Of a stretch of DNA of 64,000 bases, positions 58,401-64,000 are shown piece after piece. The stretch is from positions 4,713-68,712 of the IMG/VR virus record IMGVR_UViG_3300042691_043434. The stretch is one strand, 5' to 3'. The stretch is from a virus. The translations under genes were made by a program, and so were the position numbers. The notes under the pieces are model-generated. The model was not told the DNA's origin. It saw nothing but the letters and a program-made list of their open reading frames with translations, and ran no database searches. Positions within the stretch are counted from its first letter, which is position 1. Every line of letters starts with the position of its first letter.

Positions 58401-58548
58401 ACGCCACCTCCGACTGGATCTTATTCTGTTCTTCAACCGGAATCGGGGGCTGATCCTCCGCGAATACGACTGGGAGTGAATTGACCGCCTTTTGTTGACC
58501 GAGGGGAACCGGGGCAGTTTTACCAATAATCGTTTGTTTGTTAGCCAT
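55495..58548 (-). CDS. Large virion structural protein (FRYQPGR family), paralog B
   Basis: FRYQPGR, KIDFSWYGAVG and YYIDG motifs; C-terminal LTWEEQ. Confidence 0.7.
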   Translation of the reverse strand: MANKQTIIGKTAPVPLGQQKAVNSLPVVFAEDQPPIPVEEQNKIQSEVALSLLGIPRAEVALGIFADVNTYDVNPSEWSQIPLENDPDTGTGVNHLEREAGAELVASEGRTTVLTSKRFFRYQPGRVSSSTMGVKMNRTLSTYDQTTPNRNIMKGAPTIKKWGIFDKFDGYYFEIVNSGDNNDFRCIRRTQALTPSQPTGIESTGDAWNKVAALSGTSNIKGGNWGVVGVDPVIYRNGLCYVAAAIYDPSLCYAPSDVRAVESTPNTLSDYEPNSGYAVRLSYRDSSNSFIEHLAGRQFQFPLDQRESSTFTTLEYEGWKTNNQFLKPASQYIRLDAHCRWEDIVTNLSRGGGADFTSEITLSGDALSVAVNNSRFGYDTDPSEANSGVKVWNLLVTVQGGTQISNGEFDAAFGLDSHRSAGKEYNTASSDPGTKNVTLKEWFKICVPPQYRTVYEWRPVRAMFSNDQLNGRSDNIVRWSDVSTANVDPTIIGVKRPGDQIQINGQTLTDASVYDVDFTKVTMWKIDFSWYGAVGALFLCYVPVANGEARWVRVHHMRASNQLDVASLGNATLPITYLTHSGLSNGLPNNKSTLVKYGASYYIDGGDKGTVKLLSKSSDYAKSVSYGGIKTSVATVPASNYFSILASTVPQANKDQLIGAYLKADTTMRVIWVENDGGSNVRLYFNKSTTFLSNGSSIELIVPRRQRAMMALRAKDEVSNTTGTPIRNRIQLYPIKYGIGITDPSTDSNIVTVNFIKNPLLITNNLNNSALSQSYAITLYSISGSPQFGFNLGSGTIPREIISGTNISSGDFTTLQGLLSADGSYLHAYMRGIGTGSVPVGGFPTNPSVSETSILVRFFRKGSKYYVQNYTAQNEPVTVYGSVLPVRMYTFNTQGTITPFTGDFTHTKYEDQKKWNETERVGSFESIAQLSGASVSQDFRLSPVANTGSIIFSLYSNAGGAQYDLTDYFAYNKEYISYPLTNEVDILCAYAMWESTSATSQPSTQLSIVNSLTWEEQ

Positions 58549-58553
58549 GGGGA

Positions 58554-60812
58554 TCAGAAGGAATGGGCGATTAGGTTGCCGTCAGCGACGAAGTAGTTAG
58601 AGCGAACGATAAATAATGAGCCGCCCAAGAATTCAATGGGGGTAGATGATAGCGAGAGGCCGGAGATAGGATTTAGAAGAAGAGAGTTAGTGTCGGAATC
58701 GATACTGACTACGGTATACGCAGCGGTTTGATCCCAAGCATTAAGACCGGAGTTGCTGAAACCGGAGATTCGAATCTTATCATTTTCGGTGCTTGTGGCT
58801 GAGTAGATTTGAAAACTTAACAGATCGCTAGGGTTTCGCAGAGCGATAGCGATATACGGGTTGCCACCGATTGTCCTGCTGCAGATAGATAGTGGTGAAA
58901 ATCCTCGAGATCCATTACCAATCAACACGGTCGCGGTTACTTCGTACATATAACCGTTTACACTGGTTAACGTGTTCGTTGCGGGCAAGGTTTTACCACC
59001 TACCGTTGCGGTTGTGGTACCTGGTAAGGTAAGGGAAAAAATTCCCGCATCAAGCTGAGCGGCGGTTTCGAGTACTCGGAAAGATCCGACAGCAGGAGTC
59101 GTCTTTAATCCGGCTGCGTTCAACGCGAAGATGTCCGCGTTTATTGAGTTCTTGACAATACCGACGGACTCACCACCCAACGTTACGGTCATGTACACGG
59201 GGTCAAGAGCAATACCCTGACGGACTTCAATTGTTGCTTTACTGTACTCGTTGTTGTAGGTATCGATAGAGCGGATGACGGAGTCGTTATCGCTATAGGC
59301 CAGGTTACCCTGAGCGTTCCACTGGAACGAGGTTTCAAGTGTTAGGCCGTTATCCCCACACGACCGGATTATATTACCGTTTATTGTGCTGTATTCGGTG
59401 CTGATGACTCGTGGACCAGTAGTTGCGAATTCGAAGCGATTACCCTGAGCGACGATGTTTTCGCTAGTATCGATTAGTAATGGTGATACGGTTTGTTCGT
59501 AGGCGCGGCCGGTAAACTGTACCGTGTTGTTGGTAATAACAGCTCCACGTGTACCGTATAGTGCGATGCCGCCTCCGCCGCATTCAGTCACCGTGCAGTC
59601 GTTGATAACAATGTTGTCGCCATATTTGACCTGTAACCCTACCTCCGATGTGACCGGTGATATTTGCGAAAACGATTCGCCTCTATTGCCATCGATTGCT
59701 ATTGAACGGATGCGGATGCCGGAGACTCTTGGTGATACGGATTCTCCCGTAAAGTTCAAAACTCCCGGGGTTGTCGGATTGCTTAACGTACACGCAAGGC
59801 GTTTGAGTACCGAACCGTCTCCAATACCCCTAAGTGAAAGGTTGGAGAAATCAGATTGTGACGTATTAACAAACGACGTATCGGAAATATTGTAGATGCC
59901 GGCTGGGAAAAATACCTCTTTGATTGAACCGGACGCAGCAAGAGATAACGCATTACGGACGGATTCGGTATCGTCGATGACAAAGCGAGCAGTGTGTCCG
60001 GCGGCGAGTTGGCTGCCGGCAGAGATCCCGGTACATTGAATGTAGCTGGGTAAAGAACCGAGAGGGTTAGGAATAATCCTTAACCGCTCCCGACCTCGCA
60101 CTCTCCGGATCTGTGTAACCTCTGACCCCGCAACGGAAAATACGTTGGACAGGTAGGAGGGGAGGACGGGGTCGGACTCCCACCCTGGAATTTCTAGCAG
60201 ACCGAGGTCGCGAAAGACGTTATTCCCTGAACCCGGGTAGCCAACTTTGTTATTTCCGATAACTCCGAGAAAATCAACCCGGTTACCCCAGACTCGGTAG
60301 ATAACCGGCAATGCGTATTGCGTAGTTCGAGAAAAAGTAAGCTGAACGTATTGTTCAGTTCCCCATAAGTCGGGGTTCAAAACTTTTGTTCCAACGCTAA
60401 CCACTGATCTAAAGAACGGCAAGCGACCGTTTTGTGGATCGAATCCGAAGACGTAATAGGTTAACGGAGCAAGGTTAGCGTTTGTGCCAGGGGAAGTTGA
60501 GAAATTAACACCGACGGAGGTGTGGGCGGATACGGAAAGAATTGGAGTATCGACGACAGTTGGGGAGTCGTATGAGAAGACTTGCAGGCCGGTGCCAGAC
60601 TTAAGCACGTCCTGGTATTGAAATAACGAGTTACCATTTCCGTCATCGATGCTTGAAATGGTAACAATGTTATCGCTAATATCTGATATTGTTCCCGTAA
60701 ACTCTAGTTCACCTCGGCCGGTCGCTCCGAGATTTCGTACGTTAACGTACGCGTTTCGATCTTCTGGAACCTGGACTACAACGTCCCCTGACCTCTCCGG
60801 TATGTACCGCAT
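58554..60812 (-). CDS. Tailspike-like protein with right-handed beta-helix (pectate lyase-like)
   Basis: YVNVRNLGATG, DDTESVRNAL...VFFPAGIYNIS, LRGIG and repeated I..C.V / ITNNTV / AQGN beta-helix rungs. Confidence 0.75.
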   Translation of the reverse strand: MRYIPERSGDVVVQVPEDRNAYVNVRNLGATGRGELEFTGTISDISDNIVTISSIDDGNGNSLFQYQDVLKSGTGLQVFSYDSPTVVDTPILSVSAHTSVGVNFSTSPGTNANLAPLTYYVFGFDPQNGRLPFFRSVVSVGTKVLNPDLWGTEQYVQLTFSRTTQYALPVIYRVWGNRVDFLGVIGNNKVGYPGSGNNVFRDLGLLEIPGWESDPVLPSYLSNVFSVAGSEVTQIRRVRGRERLRIIPNPLGSLPSYIQCTGISAGSQLAAGHTARFVIDDTESVRNALSLAASGSIKEVFFPAGIYNISDTSFVNTSQSDFSNLSLRGIGDGSVLKRLACTLSNPTTPGVLNFTGESVSPRVSGIRIRSIAIDGNRGESFSQISPVTSEVGLQVKYGDNIVINDCTVTECGGGGIALYGTRGAVITNNTVQFTGRAYEQTVSPLLIDTSENIVAQGNRFEFATTGPRVISTEYSTINGNIIRSCGDNGLTLETSFQWNAQGNLAYSDNDSVIRSIDTYNNEYSKATIEVRQGIALDPVYMTVTLGGESVGIVKNSINADIFALNAAGLKTTPAVGSFRVLETAAQLDAGIFSLTLPGTTTATVGGKTLPATNTLTSVNGYMYEVTATVLIGNGSRGFSPLSICSRTIGGNPYIAIALRNPSDLLSFQIYSATSTENDKIRISGFSNSGLNAWDQTAAYTVVSIDSDTNSLLLNPISGLSLSSTPIEFLGGSLFIVRSNYFVADGNLIAHSF

Positions 60813-60829
60813 GCGAAATATCCTCTACT

Positions 60830-61012
60830 TTAGCTTTCAACGAAAAACCGGCCGAGGAGAGGGTGAGAGCTAAAGCCGGAGTCCGCTAATTCGGATAATG
60901 ACTGTTTAAACTCTTTCTCTTTTACCGGATTGTTTTGTAGTGAATTCAGCTCCTGTTCGATCTGATAGGGATCTGGATACTTACCATCTATCCGATAGAT
61001 ATTTTCAAGCAT
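60830..61012 (-). CDS. Small hypothetical protein (60 aa)
   Basis: Fills the gap in the minus-strand late operon; its last codons encode the late motif. Confidence 0.6.
   Translation of the reverse strand: MLENIYRIDGKYPDPYQIEQELNSLQNNPVKEKEFKQSLSELADSGFSSHPLLGRFFVES
60833..60841 (-). promoter_or_regulatory. Putative phage late promoter motif
   Basis: CGTTGAAAGC TAAAG TAG, 20 nt before ATG 60812. Confidence 0.7.
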
Positions 61013-61013
61013 G

Positions 61014-61409
61014 TTAGATATCGTAGGTAGTTAGGGGGCGATGGAGAGTGTAAGATAATACTGTATCTAACGCGTTAGACGCTGTACTACCATGCCAAAC
61101 AAACAGTTGATCGCCCTCTTTCAACGTAAATTTATTGCCGTTGATAACATCGTAGGAGGTGTTAGGGGGTAGATTAAGATTGTTGAGAATGTAGGCGCTG
61201 GTGATACCGTTGATGATTTTGGCTGATACGGCCAGGTTAGTGGTAGTTTTGTTACACAACAGTAGCGAGGTAACTAGCACAAATACCTTCTGGTAATCTT
61301 CTGGCGTGCCGGTGGTTGTAGGCACGGTAATCAGCCTGCCGGCTTCTGCACCCTCGACGCTTGTCGGTGACGCGAATTTATTGGTGGATACGTTGGAAGG
61401 GAGTAACAT
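61014..61409 (-). CDS. Small virion structural protein
   Basis: ITVP...LLLCN...LPPNTSYDVING.KFTLKEGDQL beta-sandwich pattern common in phage virion proteins. Confidence 0.65.
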   Translation of the reverse strand: MLLPSNVSTNKFASPTSVEGAEAGRLITVPTTTGTPEDYQKVFVLVTSLLLCNKTTTNLAVSAKIINGITSAYILNNLNLPPNTSYDVINGNKFTLKEGDQLFVWHGSTASNALDTVLSYTLHRPLTTYDI

Positions 61410-61418
61410 AACGGGGAA

Positions 61419-61727
61419 TTAGCTCCAGATTGCGGTGTTAATAAACTGCGCGGCGTGCATGCCGACTGCGTCGGCCCGGCGGATTGGGGAGTACGCGGTT
61501 TCAGGGTCTGACTCCACCTCGATGACGTTACGGGCGAGGACGAGAGGAATCTCGGATCCAAATCCGTCCTGGAGTCGGCCCTGGTTACGGAGAGCAAGGT
61601 TGCCAGTTCGTCGGAGGGGTAAGAAAGTGGTCGGTACTCCGTCGGTATCGGGTTGACCGGTAACGGTTGTAAGAACGACGTTTCTAAAGGTCTTCGAAAT
61701 ATCGAAGTTTTGAATGTCTTGAGCCAC
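61419..61727 (-). CDS. Hypothetical late protein (102 aa)
   Basis: GTG start 25 nt after the late motif. Confidence 0.65.
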   Translation of the reverse strand: MAQDIQNFDISKTFRNVVLTTVTGQPDTDGVPTTFLPLRRTGNLALRNQGRLQDGFGSEIPLVLARNVIEVESDPETAYSPIRRADAVGMHAAQFINTAIWS

Positions 61728-61752
61728 GGAAACGAATTAACTCTACTACTGT

Positions 61753-61761
61753 GCTTTCAAC
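61753..61761 (-). promoter_or_regulatory. Putative phage late promoter motif
   Basis: CGTTGAAAGC ACAG TAG. Confidence 0.75.
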
Positions 61762-61768
61762 GGGTTTC

Positions 61769-61779
61769 TGTGCTATGAT
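61769..61779 (+). promoter_or_regulatory. Host sigma70-type extended -10 promoter, divergent from the late motif
   Basis: TGTGCTATGAT. Confidence 0.55.
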
Positions 61780-61827
61780 AACAGTGGTCGGAAATGACCG
61801 CTTTACTTTACCTACCCCCCCTTTCTT

Positions 61828-61995
61828 ATGAATAAAAAGGATCTCGCAACACTGATCGACGCCTATGCTGATGCGAAAGCGTCGCGAAATCAGCACCTAG
61901 TTAATAGTATGGTCGCGCAGCTTGAACAAGCGCTTGACGGTTTGTTCGCAGATAGCGGCGATGAGCTGGAGGAAGCACCTAGCTCTGAGTTTTGA
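61828..61995 (+). CDS. Small hypothetical protein (55 aa, MNKKDLATLIDAYADAKASRNQHLV...)
   Basis: Translated by hand; flanked by its own promoter and terminator. Confidence 0.7.
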   Translation: MNKKDLATLIDAYADAKASRNQHLVNSMVAQLEQALDGLFADSGDELEEAPSSEF

Positions 61996-62002
61996 TCGCA
62001 CG

Positions 62003-62028
62003 CGGGCGGGAAACCGCCCGTTTATTTT
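62003..62028 (+). terminator. Rho-independent terminator
   Basis: CGGGCGG-GAAA-CCGCCCG followed by TTTATTTT. Confidence 0.8.
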
Positions 62029-62039
62029 CTCCCTTTGCT

Positions 62040-62330
62040 ATGTCCCCCTCCATTTACATTCTTCGCAACAGTACGGACAAAATTCCCACCGACTGCGAAG
62101 TGGGCGATTGCGTCATTTTGCCGAACGGCGATGTTCTGGTTAAGACGCCAACGATATGGAATCTGTTGCCTGGCAGCCTGATCAGTATCGACGAACTGAA
62201 GGAGTTTGTGGGTTATGTTTCATCCGGTTGGCCGGATGATCCAGATGTAGCCCGCGCTGACATGGATAAAAAAATTCCGCCCGTATTTCTTGAGCGGATG
62301 GTGGAAACGGTTAAGAAATTGACGGTTTAA
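62040..62330 (+). CDS. Hypothetical protein (96 aa)
   Basis: Likely start ATG 62040 (MSPSIYILRNS...). Confidence 0.55.
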   Translation: MSPSIYILRNSTDKIPTDCEVGDCVILPNGDVLVKTPTIWNLLPGSLISIDELKEFVGYVSSGWPDDPDVARADMDKKIPPVFLERMVETVKKLTV

Positions 62331-62334
62331 CTTA

Positions 62335-62652
62335 TCACCACGGTACGCCTGAGGCTTTGGTAGGTTGACGCTGCTCTAGGATTTGCTGTTCCAGAGCGGC
62401 GTGAATCTCATCGATTTTTTCCGCACCGCCTAGCTTTTCTTTTACCCAGCCGATTACGATATCGGAGGTAAGTTCGGAGTACGGGATGACGGTATCTCCT
62501 TCTGCCGGGGCTTCGAGGCCGATAGAACCATAGGCGCCGGAACTGTAGACGTTGTCGGTGGCGGAAACTTGGTAATGCGCTGTGTATACAATGCCATCGG
62601 CAGTGTGTCGTTCTAGATTAGCGATGGACCAGGTGAATTGGATGTCAGACAT
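62335..62652 (-). CDS. Tail-fibre-associated small protein
   Basis: FTWSIANLER...GIVYTAHY...IPYSELT...VIGWVKEKLG...GVPW family usually found next to fibre genes. Confidence 0.7.
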   Translation of the reverse strand: MSDIQFTWSIANLERHTADGIVYTAHYQVSATDNVYSSGAYGSIGLEAPAEGDTVIPYSELTSDIVIGWVKEKLGGAEKIDEIHAALEQQILEQRQPTKASGVPW

Positions 62653-62678
62653 AACAATAATGGGAGTACCCTATAGTA

Positions 62679-62687
62679 GCTATCAAC
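62679..62687 (-). promoter_or_regulatory. Variant late promoter motif (GTTGATAGC)
   Basis: One mismatch; followed by TACTA TAG, 26 nt before ATG 62652. Confidence 0.5.
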
Positions 62688-62718
62688 GGAATTTTAGCAA
62701 AACGACAGAAAAGATTAG

Positions 62719-63999
62719 TTAACAAGCCATAAGTACACAAGGCACGCAGTAGCTGCCGTCGCCATAGGTGCAGCTCACGTTGGTGCTGGTGACCTTGGCG
62801 ATGGTCTTGCTGCGGATGATGTCGTCGTCTTGGGGCTTGGCGGTGCCATCACCTGCGGACATGAGCAGATCACCACGCTCAACGGTTACGCCATCTGCAA
62901 TTCGGATAATGAAGTCACCCGTCATGGCGCAGTAGAAGTCGTTGGTGTAGGTGTCATCGTCATCGTCCCAAGCCTGGAACACGCCCGACACATTCTTGTC
63001 ACCTTCAACGTCGCTCACCTTCATGCGGTTGAGCTGTTCGTTTTCCTCGTCATCCCATTCGCACATCTCGTCAATGTTGGATAGGACAGAACCACGCAGG
63101 ATTTCAGTACGTTCAACGCCAGAAGGCAGTTGAGACCAGCGGCTTAGGTGAGCACCGTTGTAGGAGACGGTTGTGCCGGAAACAGAAATTGTCCCCTCAA
63201 GATTATTATCTTGATAAAATTCAATAAGGTTACCGTCGTCAGTCTTCCTATTGAGTGCAATCAAATAAGCGCTAGATCTTGTAAAATCAGCGGAACCACT
63301 AGAAAACAGGCTAATGCCGGGGTTTTGATATGAAATTGTTTGCCCTGCTTTGCCAATAACTACGTTTCCATCGCTCTGAATCCTCATCCGCTCCGTCGGA
63401 GAACTCGCCCCATCCGCAGTAGTGGAGAACACTAGGCGGCCTGGCATGTCATTAGCGCCAGGGGTGCCGTCTACATACGCTTCGATTGTTGCAGCTTCAA
63501 CAAATTCTGAGCCGTCATTCCCCTGGAATGTAATAGCGCCAAGACCATCAGCACTAGAAACACTGACGTTTTGTCCTGTGCTTCCTTTTTGTCTGCCCAA
63601 TATTACATATGGATAGCCTTCAGCGCCGCCAACTACTGAAATTCTTCGATTTGTATCATTACCTTCTACTTGAATAGCCGAAGACAATGTTGAGTTAAAG
63701 AAGTTAGCACGCGCACTAGACGTACCAACTAAGAGCCTGCCGCTGGAGTCGATGCGGACGCGTTCTGTTGGCGCTCCAGCAGATCCTGCGGTTGGGTGCG
63801 TGTAAAACGCCATCCCGCCACGGAACGATCCGCCCTCGTCAATACCTTTAATCGCAGCGGATCTCCAACCAGCGCCACCTGCGCTAAATGTCAACTCACC
63901 AGAAACATCGAGTGCGGTGCTAGGGCTCGTAGTGCCAATCCCTACACGCTGTACCGAGTTAATAGTTAATGCGGGGGTGCTGTTGGTGCTAAGGGTAAG
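62719..63999 (-). CDS. Tail fibre protein, C-terminal part (5' end outside the window)
   Basis: Frame open from the window edge (LTLSTNST...VGIGTTSP); ERVRIDSSGRLLVG / ERMRIQSDG repeats; C-terminal GDLLMSAGDGTAKPQ...VPCVLMAC domain. Confidence 0.85.
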   Translation of the reverse strand, partial: LTLSTNSTPALTINSVQRVGIGTTSPSTALDVSGELTFSAGGAGWRSAAIKGIDEGGSFRGGMAFYTHPTAGSAGAPTERVRIDSSGRLLVGTSSARANFFNSTLSSAIQVEGNDTNRRISVVGGAEGYPYVILGRQKGSTGQNVSVSSADGLGAITFQGNDGSEFVEAATIEAYVDGTPGANDMPGRLVFSTTADGASSPTERMRIQSDGNVVIGKAGQTISYQNPGISLFSSGSADFTRSSAYLIALNRKTDDGNLIEFYQDNNLEGTISVSGTTVSYNGAHLSRWSQLPSGVERTEILRGSVLSNIDEMCEWDDEENEQLNRMKVSDVEGDKNVSGVFQAWDDDDDTYTNDFYCAMTGDFIIRIADGVTVERGDLLMSAGDGTAKPQDDDIIRSKTIAKVTSTNVSCTYGDGSYCVPCVLMAC

Positions 64000-64000
64000 G

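Noticed and set aside
60843-60879. Possible terminator (CCGGC...GCCGG then T5) before the late motif
   Set aside because: The stem is short with a long unpaired interior and lies inside a coding region.
5051-61761. GTTGAAAG resembles the 3' end of cyanobacterial CRISPR repeats, suggesting a CRISPR array or solitary repeat units
   Set aside because: Copies are dispersed and have no regular spacers, no conserved upstream hairpin and no cas genes. Their fixed position before start codons and the N4-TAG element fit a promoter better.
1-64000. Stop-codon reassignment, DGR, tRNA genes or group I introns
   Set aside because: Known genes translate intact in the standard code with all three stops used. 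I saw no reverse transcriptase, template/variable repeat pair or cloverleaf, and intergenic gaps are very short. A formal scan was not possible.

Overview
This is a 64-kb fragment of a large contractile-tailed dsDNA phage. The host is probably cyanobacterial, judging from a SigF-like sigma factor, a DUF4278-like protein, a Mo-nitrogenase-C-terminal-like protein and phoH; all calls come from motif recognition, with no database searches. The window holds a truncated tape measure gene and a tail-tube initiator, then replication and nucleotide genes (primase-like protein, SF3 helicase, 5'-3' exonuclease, SSB-like protein, dUTPase, intein- and glutaredoxin-containing nrdA, nrdB, HNH nucleases). It also has two glycosyltransferases, a P2/CIS-type baseplate, terminase large subunit, a thioredoxin-sigma-nuclease operon, a hub with M23 and lysozyme domains, a kinase, phoH and about 20 kb of large virion or receptor-binding genes. 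The strongest non-coding signal is a two-tier promoter system. Host-type extended -10 boxes (TGnTATAAT-like) precede the replication genes and the sigma operon. A motif (C)GTTGAAAGC-N4-TAG (14 exact copies plus 1 variant) lies about 19-35 nt before virion genes and a few hypothetical genes, twice as back-to-back palindromes. It is probably the late promoter read by the phage sigma factor. One copy precedes an attenuator-like leader upstream of phoH.
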